Assembly: GCA_046726275.1 (NCBI GenBank)
Contig: JBKPAF010000014.1
Span: forward strand, 442-64,441
Length of the DNA stretch: 64,000 nt
Reading direction: 5' to 3'
Origin: Actinomycetota bacterium
GTDB taxonomy: Bacteria; Actinomycetota; UBA4738
Shown piece by piece: positions 1 to 9,075 of the stretch. Position 1 is the first letter of the stretch. Each line of letters opens with the position of its first letter. The position numbers and the translations under genes were made by a program. A model generated the notes under the pieces. That model did no database searches. It was not told the origin of the DNA and saw only the letters and a list, made by a program, of their open reading frames with translations.

Positions 1-2241
1 GTCCTCGCCCCACACCGCCAGTTCCTCGAAAAACTGGCTCGTGTCCTTCGGCCTCTGACCCTCGCCATACCAATGCGCCCCGGTCACGACGAGCCGGCGC
101 TTCGGTCGAGTCAGCGCCACGTAGCACGTCCGTCGCTCCTCCATTTCCTCGTAGTCGCGGAGACCGAGCCAGAACTGCTTAAGGTTTCCCTTGAACACCG
201 GCAGGATCCGGGCATCACCGCGCAGCTCGAAGTCGAGGGACTTGCCCCGTTCGGCAGGGTTCTGCTGCACCATGAGGTTGGGGAGCAGATCCTTCGCGAA
301 CCCCGGAACGAACACCGCGCCGAACTCGAGCCCCTTGGCCTGGTGGATGGTCATGACCTTCACCGAGTTCTCCGAGCTCGGCTGGACGGGAGACCACTCC
401 TGCTTGTCACTCGCTCCCACCGTGTCCACGTAGTCGAGGAAGGCCCGCAGCGTCAGCTCGCCCTCGAGAGGCGAGAACGCGTGGACCTCGTCGAGGAAGG
501 CGGCCAGGTTCCTCTTCGTGGCCTCGGCCCGCTCTCTGTCGAGACTCGCATCGAGCTCGGCGAGCAGGCCGGTGCGCCGGATCACCTCGGACAGGAACTC
601 CCCCACGGGGCGGCGGGCCTGGTCCCTGAGCTCCGAGAGCTCGGTCCGGAACTCCTCAAGCCTTTCCCGCGCCTCGTCTGACAGGAACGTGACCTCGTCG
701 AGGTGCTCCAGCGCCTCCGCGAACAGGAACGGCGGCGTGTCCTCCCGGTCCTCCCGGCGCAGGGCGTAGTTCTTGTCCTTGGCCCACGCGGCCACGCGGG
801 CGAGGTCCTTGAACCCCACGCGATACCGGGGACCCAGGAGGATGCGGGCCAGGCTCACGCTGGCGAAGGGGTCCGCCGCCGCCCGCGCGTAGGCCAGGAT
901 CTCGACCACCTCGGGGAGCTGGAGGAGGCCGGCCAGACCGACGATCTCGACCGGGATGGCCTGCTCCGCGAACGCCTCCTGGAGCGAGACGAACAATCGG
1001 CTGGACCGGCACAGGACCGCGACATCCGACCACAGGGGCTCCTCGCCGTCTGTGTGAAGCTCCGAGACCCGCCCCGCGATCCACCGTGCCTCCGACCACT
1101 CGTCGCCGAAACGGCGGACCTCGACCTCTCCCTGGCCGCAACCCGGCCAGGGAGCCAGCCGCTTCTCAGGATCGGGCCGTTGCCCCTCGGGGATCTTCTC
1201 GATCACCCGGTCGGCCGCGGCCAGGATCCGGGAGCCGGAGCGGAAGTTGGTGTACAGCGGAAGCTTCTCGGCTGGAGTGCCGTCGGCCTTGGGGAACTGG
1301 TGCTGGAACTCCAGCAGGTTGAACAGGCTGGCGCCGCGCCAACCGTAGATGCTCTGGTCAGGGTCGCCCACGGCCGCCACGGGGAATCCGTCGCCGAACA
1401 ACCCCGAGATCAGCTGGGCCTGAGCGACGTTCGTGTCCTGATACTCGTCGAGGACCACGGCGTGGAACCGCGAGCGGTACTCCTGGGCGACCTCGGGAAA
1501 CTTCTCGACGATCTGGAGGGCCAGCGTGATCTGGTCCCCGAAGTCGATCACGCCGAGACTTCGCTTGAGCTCGTGGAATCGTTCCACGGCCCTGGCCAGC
1601 TCGATCCGCTCCTGCGCGGCCTGGTACGCACGGTCGCTCCGGTGCTCGGTGAGCTGCTCGAGGCGCTCCTCGTTGAACGCGATGATCTCCCACGGCTCGC
1701 GGCGATGGTTCGCCGCCTGATCGGCGAGCTCGAGGATCTTCGTGATCACCGACGGTTGCCATTCCGCGCTCACGTGCTCGAAGGCCATCTCGTCGAGGAC
1801 TCGGGCGCACAGCTCGGTGCGCTGCGCCGGGGTCAGGACCCGCTGGCCGGTCTCGATCCCGGCGAGCAGCCCGTGTCGCTCGAGGACCTGGGCTGCGAAC
1901 CCGTGATAGTTGGCGATCGTGGGCTCCTCGCCTTCGGGAAGGCTCATCACGCCCAGGGCCCGTCGGATCCGCAGCGTCAGGTTCTCCGTCGCCTTGTTGG
2001 TGAACGTCAGGCAGAGCACGTTTCCCGGAAGGACCCCGCGATGCTCGCCCCGCAGCCTCCCCATTGCGACCAGCGCGAGATACACGACGCGCCCCGCGAT
2101 GACGGAGGTCTTGCCGGAGCCCGCTCCCGCCACGACCACGTACGGCTCGAGGGGCATGGACATGGCCCGCCACTGTTCCTCGGTGGGATCGGCCCCGCCG
2201 ACCACCCTCCGGATCTCCTCGGGGTAACGGGATCCGCTCAT
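1..2241 (-). CDS. adnB: AdnB-like UvrD/SF1A helicase(-nuclease) motor subunit, 3' end truncated by the window edge
   Basis: Not in the ORF track because no stop falls in the window. ATG at 2241 reads MSGSRYPEE...EEQWRAMSMPLEPYVVVAGAGSGKT (Walker A), then CLTFTNKA, VVLDEYQDTNVAQ, VGDPDQSIYGWRGA. ATGA overlap with the adnA stop. Confidence 0.9.
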   Translation of the reverse strand, partial: MSGSRYPEEIRRVVGGADPTEEQWRAMSMPLEPYVVVAGAGSGKTSVIAGRVVYLALVAMGRLRGEHRGVLPGNVLCLTFTNKATENLTLRIRRALGVMSLPEGEEPTIANYHGFAAQVLERHGLLAGIETGQRVLTPAQRTELCARVLDEMAFEHVSAEWQPSVITKILELADQAANHRREPWEIIAFNEERLEQLTEHRSDRAYQAAQERIELARAVERFHELKRSLGVIDFGDQITLALQIVEKFPEVAQEYRSRFHAVVLDEYQDTNVAQAQLISGLFGDGFPVAAVGDPDQSIYGWRGASLFNLLEFQHQFPKADGTPAEKLPLYTNFRSGSRILAAADRVIEKIPEGQRPDPEKRLAPWPGCGQGEVEVRRFGDEWSEARWIAGRVSELHTDGEEPLWSDVAVLCRSSRLFVSLQEAFAEQAIPVEIVGLAGLLQLPEVVEILAYARAAADPFASVSLARILLGPRYRVGFKDLARVAAWAKDKNYALRREDREDTPPFLFAEALEHLDEVTFLSDEARERLEEFRTELSELRDQARRPVGEFLSEVIRRTGLLAELDASLDRERAEATKRNLAAFLDEVHAFSPLEGELTLRAFLDYVDTVGASDKQEWSPVQPSSENSVKVMTIHQAKGLEFGAVFVPGFAKDLLPNLMVQQNPAERGKSLDFELRGDARILPVFKGNLKQFWLGLRDYEEMEERRTCYVALTRPKRRLVVTGAHWYGEGQRPKDTSQFFEELAVWGED

Positions 2242-5126
2242 GGCTGACCGCCTGCCGAAACCGGGAGAAGATCCCGTCCTTCGGGCCACAGGGGGCACAG
2301 CGTCTTGAAGTCGCAGTAGCGACACTCCGCTTCGGGGCTGGGCCGGTAGACCTCGGTGCGGAGCAGCTCCCGGATACGCCCGATCAATCCGGACAGCCTC
2401 TCCGCCATCTTCTGGCCGAACTCCTGCTGGGCCTTTGAGGTCATCCCGAGCTGGACGCGGAAGTTTCGGCTGTCGATGCTCTCCTTCAAGAACGCCAGCT
2501 CGACCGCTTTCACCGGCCGATGCGCGGCCAACTCCTCGGCCCGGTTGACGGCCAGATAGTAGATACCGAGTTGGAGGTTCTCCTCCGCCGGCCCGCCCCT
2601 GGCCTTCCCCGTCTTGTAGTCCGTGATCTGGCTCCCCCCGCTCTTGACCACCCCCACGCGATCGATGGCGCCGCTCACCGTGGCTCCCTCGAACTCGAAT
2701 TCGAAGCCGATCTCCCCCGCCAGCGCCGGCGTGTCTCCGTACATGACGAGCCAGGTGGGCAGCATCTTCCTGGTCACCACTCTCCGGAAGGCCTCGGAGA
2801 CCGCGAAGGACGGGAACTCCTCGGGCTGCCACCGATCCTGGGCTGCCGCCACGAGAGCCTCCTCGGTTCGGGGGATCGAACCGGCCTCGCAGTCCTCGAT
2901 GATCCGATGGACCAGATGGCCGACCCACGCGTAATAGCCGGCCCTACCCTCGAGCCCGAGCTCCTCCGCCAACACGTACTGCAGCTCACAGTTCTCCAAG
3001 GTGCTCAACTTGGAGAAGGACACCCGGATGCCGTCGTGCAGCGGACGCTCCGACCCGGTCCAGTCCCGTTGGAACCACCATCGGGCCGGGCTGTCCCCGA
3101 GTCCCAGGAGCCCGCGAAGGGCCGCCAGGCGCAAGGGCGGCGGCTGGGAGGCGTTGGAGAAGGCTCGCCGCCACGACGATGCGGCCTCGGCCATCGACAG
3201 GGGCTCGGCGAAAGGTCCCGCCGGGGCGCGGGTCCACGAGACGCCCAGTTCGGTCACGAACCGAGACCTCGCCGTGAGGACCGTTCCTTCGTCATGCGGA
3301 TCGCTCGCAGTGAACACCACCCGGCGTCGGGCCCGGCTGGCCACAAGCCGGAAGAGTCTCCGTTCGTCCCACAACCTGAGGCGGTTCCGGTCCGCCTGCG
3401 AGACCCGTCCATCCAGCGCCGCGAGGTCGAACAGCGGCTCCGGCCTGGAGAGGCTGGGGAAGTCGCCCTCCGTCGCACCCACGACCACGACCGTGTCGAA
3501 CTCCCTCCCCGCCGAGCCGTGTGCAGTGAAGACGCGAACGGCATCGAGGGTCCGCTCCTCCGGGAACTCGCCTGTTTCCGGGCCCTCGTCCCCCGCATCC
3601 AGGACCTCGAGGAACGCGATGACCGAGGGATCCGCCCGCTCCCCGGCTCGGGAGACGGCGTCGGAAAGGGCCATGACCGCATCGAGGTTCCTGGCTCCAT
3701 CCGTGGACGACTCTCCAGCCGCAACCAGGCGTCCGGCGTAGGGCAGCTTCCGCCACAGGATGGAGAAGGCATCGAGGACGGAGCGCTCCGCCACGGCCTC
3801 CGCCTCCTTCAGGACCGCCGACAGGAGCTTCACCTCCGCCGCTTCCTCGGGCGCCAGGCCGTCGGTCCGGTCCAGAGCCGCCGATGGCGCCTGGCCTGCC
3901 GCCAGGGCTGCCCGCACCAGGCCCCTCGCGCTCGCCGGGGACAGGCGGGAAAGCTCCGAGGTGAGGACCGATTCCACCCGCTCGTCGCGATCCTCCGGCC
4001 GCGCCAGCCACCTGAGGGCCAGCACCAACGGAAACGTGGCCGGCTCCGCCAGGAGCGAGAGTCCCCCTTCGGGGGTCACCCGGGGCACTCGGGCGTCGTC
4101 GAGCGCCCGCAGCAACCCTCCCACGTGCTTCCCCCCTCGCCGGACCACGACGCCCAGGTCTCTCCACGGCATCCCATCTTCGACATGCACCCGGCGCAGC
4201 TCCCGAGCCACCGCCGCCATCTCCTCCGACGAATGGGGCGTGGACCACGCTTCGTAGACCGGCTGGCCGCACCTGTGCGGCGTCGCCAGCGAGACGTGCT
4301 CGCTGGCCGGGAGCTGCCCCAGGAATCTCTTCAGGGGAACGTCGGTCGTGCCCTGGAACGAGAAGACGTGCGACCCCTCGTTCCCCGAGACCACAAGGCT
4401 CTGGAGGTCCAGCCCGAGGAGTAACGCCTCTTCGGCGAACGTCGCTTCCTGGTAGTCGTCGACCAGCACGTGGTCGAGCAGCGGCTCTCCCCGGCTCGCG
4501 GCTGCGGCCGCCTGGTTGACCAGTCCCGCGGAGTCGATGGCGCCGAGATCATCGAGGACCAGGAGATACCGCCGGTAGAAGGTGGCGAGCTCACTCCATC
4601 CCGGCAGGCCAGAAGCCTCTGCCCTGGCCAACATCTCCTCGGGTGTGAGCAGCGCCTCCTGGGCCCGGAGGATCAGCTGCCGGACCTCGTCAGCAAAGCC
4701 ACGGAGCTTGAGCATGCCGCCGAACGTTGGCCAATCGTCGGGATCCTCACCTTCCAGCAGCTCCTGAACCTTGGAGAACTGATCGGGAGCAGGGAGGATC
4801 TCGGGGGCTCGCCGATAGCCAAGAGCCTCGTACCGCGCACCGAGGACCTGATTGGCCAGCCCGTGAACGGTCATGAGCTTCATCCCCGGTAGGGCTCGGG
4901 AAAGCCGCGCCAGCAACGCCCGCCGAGCGTCGCTGCGCGCATGTTTCGTCCGGACGACCAGTGCCACCCGCTCGGGGTCGATCCCTTCCTCGACCAGCCG
5001 GGCGAAGCGCTCTCGGAGCACGACGGTCTTGCCCGTGCCGGGCTCACCGGTCACGAGAAGCGCGCCACGCCGATGGTCCAACACCTTGGACTGTTCGGGG
5101 TCTGGCTCGAAGATCATCCGCCGCAT
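2238..5126 (-). CDS. adnA: AdnA-like helicase-nuclease subunit with C-terminal PD-(D/E)XK nuclease
   Basis: GEPGTGKT Walker A, degenerate Walker B (VDDYQE), C-terminal GAIDRV...ITDYKTG, and a Cys pattern C...CRYCDFKTLC typical of an Fe-S staple. Start taken at ATG 5126; the ORF track uses GTG 5135. Confidence 0.88.
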   Translation of the reverse strand: MRRMIFEPDPEQSKVLDHRRGALLVTGEPGTGKTVVLRERFARLVEEGIDPERVALVVRTKHARSDARRALLARLSRALPGMKLMTVHGLANQVLGARYEALGYRRAPEILPAPDQFSKVQELLEGEDPDDWPTFGGMLKLRGFADEVRQLILRAQEALLTPEEMLARAEASGLPGWSELATFYRRYLLVLDDLGAIDSAGLVNQAAAAASRGEPLLDHVLVDDYQEATFAEEALLLGLDLQSLVVSGNEGSHVFSFQGTTDVPLKRFLGQLPASEHVSLATPHRCGQPVYEAWSTPHSSEEMAAVARELRRVHVEDGMPWRDLGVVVRRGGKHVGGLLRALDDARVPRVTPEGGLSLLAEPATFPLVLALRWLARPEDRDERVESVLTSELSRLSPASARGLVRAALAAGQAPSAALDRTDGLAPEEAAEVKLLSAVLKEAEAVAERSVLDAFSILWRKLPYAGRLVAAGESSTDGARNLDAVMALSDAVSRAGERADPSVIAFLEVLDAGDEGPETGEFPEERTLDAVRVFTAHGSAGREFDTVVVVGATEGDFPSLSRPEPLFDLAALDGRVSQADRNRLRLWDERRLFRLVASRARRRVVFTASDPHDEGTVLTARSRFVTELGVSWTRAPAGPFAEPLSMAEAASSWRRAFSNASQPPPLRLAALRGLLGLGDSPARWWFQRDWTGSERPLHDGIRVSFSKLSTLENCELQYVLAEELGLEGRAGYYAWVGHLVHRIIEDCEAGSIPRTEEALVAAAQDRWQPEEFPSFAVSEAFRRVVTRKMLPTWLVMYGDTPALAGEIGFEFEFEGATVSGAIDRVGVVKSGGSQITDYKTGKARGGPAEENLQLGIYYLAVNRAEELAAHRPVKAVELAFLKESIDSRNFRVQLGMTSKAQQEFGQKMAERLSGLIGRIRELLRTEVYRPSPEAECRYCDFKTLCPLWPEGRDLLPVSAGGQP

Positions 5127-5127
5127 G

Positions 5128-5979
5128 CTATCCACGGGGTACGACAGGCGGGAGCGTGGATCCGCGGTAGACCTTCTCGCCTGCCTCGATCCGAATCGGC
5201 ATCCGATTCTCAGGCAACGGGAGCGCGCACGTGGCGAACGGCGTGAAGACGCAGGGAGGGTTGTAGGCCTTGTTGAAGTCGACGATGACGACGCCCTGCT
5301 CGTCGAGGCGAGTGGCGTACAGGTACCGCCCTCCGCCGTAGGTCTCGGACCGATTCGTCAGGTCGCCGAACACCAGGAACAGGTCGGTCTCCCCTTCCTC
5401 CAGGAAAGCTTCGAGGCGAAGGGCGTGACCTTCGTGGTCGAACTCGACCGACCCGGGGACCTGATACGTCTCGGTCATGCCGAGGACCGTCGGCACGTGG
5501 ACGCTCCGCTCCGAAGGGGACGGGACGAAGCGCGCGCGAACGCGCCATCGGAGGTCGACGGGGAAGGACTCGATCCCCGTGAAGGCTTTCCTCGCTGGAC
5601 TGTCCTGATCCTTGATCCGCACGGCCAGCCGACCCCCCCGCCGGATCACGTAGAACGCGAGGGAGGAAAGCCGGAGGACGGTCGGCTCTCCAACGGAATC
5701 GTCCTGGAGGTCGAGAGCCGTAACGGGTTTGCCGTCGCGGGTGACTCCCGACCCGGCGTCGAAGGTGGCCACGGCTGCCCCTTCCTTCACCCTGATGGTG
5801 CCCACGTGGGCCGGCCCTCGAGGTAGGTGCACACGGTTCTCCGGCGCCGATCCGACGGGGTTCTCCCCATCCTGCAACCACGCCAGGCCGACCACGGAGA
5901 GCCATCCATCGGCACCGGTCAGGCGATGGACGCGATCCTCCCGCCACTTGAGGACCTCTTCCTCGTGCGTTGACACCAT
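5128..5979 (-). CDS. DUF1684 family protein
   Basis: WREDR..L...DGWLSVVGL, VRIKD, F.DLTN..ETYGGGRYL, DFNKAYNPPCVFTPFATCALP. Start placed at ATG 5979. Confidence 0.88.
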   Translation of the reverse strand: MVSTHEEEVLKWREDRVHRLTGADGWLSVVGLAWLQDGENPVGSAPENRVHLPRGPAHVGTIRVKEGAAVATFDAGSGVTRDGKPVTALDLQDDSVGEPTVLRLSSLAFYVIRRGGRLAVRIKDQDSPARKAFTGIESFPVDLRWRVRARFVPSPSERSVHVPTVLGMTETYQVPGSVEFDHEGHALRLEAFLEEGETDLFLVFGDLTNRSETYGGGRYLYATRLDEQGVVIVDFNKAYNPPCVFTPFATCALPLPENRMPIRIEAGEKVYRGSTLPPVVPRG

Positions 5980-6007
5980 CAGCCGGCGATTCCCTCGGAC
6001 CGGTGAC

Positions 6008-6370
6008 CTAACCGAGGCTGGCCTTGCGCTCGACGGCGTCGTTAAACGTGCGATAGGCCCCGGCCGGATCCCATCCGATCCCGCGTCCCACCTCAGGGAC
6101 GAAGCGCACGCCAAGGCCCTCTGCCCCGGAACGCGCCTCGCCCGCCGCTCTGAACCACGTGAGGGACCCCGGGGGAAGGACGACTGGACCGGACGTGCCG
6201 TAGGAGCGCATCGACGGATCGTCAATCACCACGGGGGTCGGGCGGAAGATTCTCCCGATCGCCTGCGCTACAGCATCGTCCCCGGCTTCCACCTCGACCT
6301 CTCCCGACCTCCAGATCGCCGAACCCACGAGGGTGCCCGGATCGTCGAGGCGATAGAACGAGGCTCGCAC
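6008..6370 (-). CDS. hypothetical protein (~120 aa)
   Basis: GTG at 6370 preceded by GGAGG. Fills the gap between two same-strand genes. No family recognised. Confidence 0.6.
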   Translation of the reverse strand: MRASFYRLDDPGTLVGSAIWRSGEVEVEAGDDAVAQAIGRIFRPTPVVIDDPSMRSYGTSGPVVLPPGSLTWFRAAGEARSGAEGLGVRFVPEVGRGIGWDPAGAYRTFNDAVERKASLG

Positions 6371-6377
6371 GCCGAGG

Positions 6378-7274
6378 CTAACCCTCCGTCCCGATCTCGG
6401 GGGCACCGAACGCCATCCAGGTGAAGGCCGAAACGAGCGTCTGAGCCGGCATGGCCGAATCATGTGCGGCAAGGACGGAGGTGAGCTCCAGGCGGTCTTC
6501 CTCGGTGAAACCCCTCGCGTTCAAGGCCCCCCACTGAAGGGCCACGGGGTGGGGAAGGGTCGGCATGCCCGCCAGCACCAGCCGGCGCAAGCGACTCGTG
6601 CCGGCCTTCCAGGTCTCGGACCGGGCGACGGGCCCCAGCTCGTCCCACAACTCGGTCAGGGCAGTCGGCCACCTCGCCAGCAGCCGGAGCGGAACCGGCG
6701 CCGCGGGGACGGCCATCCCGTTCACCACGTCCTCCAGGATGGGTCCGGCGTTCTGAGCGGCGGCCTGAAAGGACATCCATCGCTGCCACTCCGGCACCCC
6801 TCGTCGAACCGGCGGCTCCTCTCGGCCAGTGCCGGACATGCGCTCCTTCCGCACCGCACGGTAGAGCGCATGCACCACGATCTGTGACTTGGCCGACGCC
6901 AGGTGGGCGGCTCGGGCGGATTCCTCGATGCGGCGCATCTCCTCTTCGGCGAGATCGCCTTCGAGTCGCTTGCGAAGGTCGGGAAGATCGAAAGCTACGC
7001 GAAGCACGTCGGTCGCTTCGGACCGGAGCCTCCTGACCAGCACGAGGAAGCTCTTTCCCACGTTGGGACGGATCGCCGACCAGGCGGCGGTGAAGAACAC
7101 CGGATAGCCGGCCGCCGCTTCAACTCCGGGATCCAGCCAGCCTGTTCGAAGGGTCTGGCGCACGTCGTCCCGGACAGCCCCCAGCACCGCGGCAACCTCG
7201 ACGGGCGCCGCCGGCCCCTTCTTCGGGTGATCCTGATCGCCTCGCTGGTTCGCTTGGGCAGGACGCACGGTCAT
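6378..7274 (-). CDS. DehI (group I haloacid dehalogenase)-fold protein
   Basis: Two internal repeats: DDVRQTLRTGW...AGYPVFFTAAWSAIRPNV and EDVVNGMAVP...LARWPTALTELWDELGPV, matching my recollection of the DehI family pattern. Confidence 0.6.
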   Translation of the reverse strand: MTVRPAQANQRGDQDHPKKGPAAPVEVAAVLGAVRDDVRQTLRTGWLDPGVEAAAGYPVFFTAAWSAIRPNVGKSFLVLVRRLRSEATDVLRVAFDLPDLRKRLEGDLAEEEMRRIEESARAAHLASAKSQIVVHALYRAVRKERMSGTGREEPPVRRGVPEWQRWMSFQAAAQNAGPILEDVVNGMAVPAAPVPLRLLARWPTALTELWDELGPVARSETWKAGTSRLRRLVLAGMPTLPHPVALQWGALNARGFTEEDRLELTSVLAAHDSAMPAQTLVSAFTWMAFGAPEIGTEG

Positions 7275-7399
7275 GGCCTCTCCCAGGGGGCAGCCAGGTG
7301 AGACTAGCAGCGAACCTGCACGGTCGACCCCTTCGATTTCTGCCGCGTGACCGTGTGTCGGGGCCTCCCGGTACACTGGCGCGCAGAGGGGGCTTTACC

Positions 7400-8104
7400 G
7401 TGGATCCCGCGCCCGACGACATCCCTCTCCCCCTCACCGACCCTCCCCGGATCTGGCTCGCCCGGATTCAATCGATCCCGGGGAGCGCTGTGTTTCGTCT
7501 GGAAGCGGGCCGGGTTCTGATCCGTGAAGGAGAGTGGCCGGCCTGCCTGTGGGTGATGCTCAAAGGCGCGGTGACGCTCGCCTCGACGGGTCCTGCGGGG
7601 CGGAGCGCGATCTTGGCCGTGCTCGGACGGGAAGAGCTCGTCGGCGAGCACGGACTGATCCCATCCACCGTCCACGAACGAGACTCGATCTCCTTCCCGG
7701 AGGCTCGGACGCTCGTCACCGCCGTCGCCTGCTCGACCCCCTTCCCTGCGTTGCGCAGGGCAGTGGCTGCCGATCCGCTCCTGGGCCGATGGCTGGCGAT
7801 CGCGGCGGCCCGCCAGGCGTCGCGTGTTCGACGAACGCTCACCAGGACGCTGGTCATGCGGGTCTCCTCCCGACTGCTCGGAGTCCTCGAGGATCTCGCC
7901 TCGTCGCACGGACGCCCGGCACCCGGTGGCGTGTACATAGCCCTGCCGCTGACCCAGGAACTCCTGGCGTCGATGGTGGGGGCGACGCGTGAGAGCGTGA
8001 ACCGCGCGGTGGCGGTCCTGGAGCGCCGGGGTCTGGTGCGGCGGGTGGGGCTCCGCTACGTGCTGTGCTCGCCGTCCCCCGCCCCGGAAGGGTCGTTCCG
8101 ATGA
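7400..8104 (+). CDS. Crp/Fnr family transcriptional regulator
   Basis: cNMP-binding barrel (LIREGE...LKGAV...ILAVLGREELVGE) and HTH LTQELLASMVGATRESVNRAV. Syntenic with actinobacterial crp next to the MBL hydrolase. Start at GTG 7400 is approximate. Confidence 0.88.
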   Translation: MDPAPDDIPLPLTDPPRIWLARIQSIPGSAVFRLEAGRVLIREGEWPACLWVMLKGAVTLASTGPAGRSAILAVLGREELVGEHGLIPSTVHERDSISFPEARTLVTAVACSTPFPALRRAVAADPLLGRWLAIAAARQASRVRRTLTRTLVMRVSSRLLGVLEDLASSHGRPAPGGVYIALPLTQELLASMVGATRESVNRAVAVLERRGLVRRVGLRYVLCSPSPAPEGSFR

Positions 8105-9006
8105 GGCGCTCCGTGCGCATCTCGTCCTCGCCGTGGCGCGGTCGGACCCTCCTGCAACGCAGCCACACCACATCGGTCGCACAGCCTGGAACTGCCCACG
8201 ACGGGCCGGCCGCACCGTTCGCACGCCGCTCCCGAGGCCAGCGCGAACCTTTCGTCGGTCCGTCGGCCGACCTGCGCCACCCGTCCCTCCCGGACGAGCT
8301 TCAGCAGGTGAGCCAGCACGGACCTGGCGGCTGCAGGATGGAGCTCCTTCGGGTACTCGGCGTAGATACGGGGGACCAGGTCCTCGGGTGTGGCGGGCCC
8401 TTCCTCGAGCGCGACCAGGACCTGCCGCTCCCGGTCCTTGCGGTGCTCCACATATTCCCGGAGCTTGTCCGTCGCGGCCCACACGGCAGGCCCGTGACCC
8501 GGATAGATGACCCGCGGTTCCATGGCGAGCAGTCGGGAGAGGGACCGCACGTAGGCGGCCATGTCGCCGTCCGGTGGGTCGATCACGCTCGTGCCCCGCC
8601 CCAGGACGAGGTCCCCGGTGAACAGGGAACGCGTTTGCGGCTCGTAGAAGACGAGGTGGTCGCGCGTGTGCCCCGGCGCGTGCACGGCCTGAACTCCACC
8701 GTCCCCCGCCGGTATGAGCGTCCCGTCGGGCAGCCTGCGCTCGCCCGATCCAGGGCGATGGGCAAGCACGGGCGCCCCGGTCTGCTCGGCGAGGAGAGTC
8801 GCACCGGCCGCATGGTCGGCGTGGTGGTGGGTGAGCAGGATCGCACCCACCGGGTCGGCGTCGCGGACGACCTCGCGGACATGGTCGGGATCGTCCGGCC
8901 CGGGATCGATCACGAGGGACGGCCGCGCCCCGACGATCCAGGTGTTCGTGCCCTCCAGCGTGAACGGGCCGGGATTCGAGGCCAGAACTCTCAGGATGCG
9001 TGGCAC
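8056..9006 (-). CDS. MBL-fold metallo-hydrolase (LACTB2-like) with C-terminal winged helix and extra CxxC..CxxC tail
   Basis: NPGPFTLEGTNTW, THHHADH, PGHTRDH, FTGD, IYPGHG. Start GTG 9006; the longer upstream ORF is a shadow of the next gene. Confidence 0.9.
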   Translation of the reverse strand: MPRILRVLASNPGPFTLEGTNTWIVGARPSLVIDPGPDDPDHVREVVRDADPVGAILLTHHHADHAAGATLLAEQTGAPVLAHRPGSGERRLPDGTLIPAGDGGVQAVHAPGHTRDHLVFYEPQTRSLFTGDLVLGRGTSVIDPPDGDMAAYVRSLSRLLAMEPRVIYPGHGPAVWAATDKLREYVEHRKDRERQVLVALEEGPATPEDLVPRIYAEYPKELHPAAARSVLAHLLKLVREGRVAQVGRRTDERFALASGAACERCGRPVVGSSRLCDRCGVAALQEGPTAPRRGRDAHGAPHRNDPSGAGDGEHST

Positions 9007-9075
9007 CCCGCGATGATGGCAGAGTAGGTCTGGTTGTTGCCCCTTCGCACCATGTCCTGCGACGCTGAAGGCCTG

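Noticed and set aside
703-2247. Long plus-strand ORFs (e.g. 703-2247, 2520-4424, 10639-11610, 44235-45758)
   Set aside because: Antisense shadows of real minus-strand genes in high-GC DNA, with no recognisable motifs.
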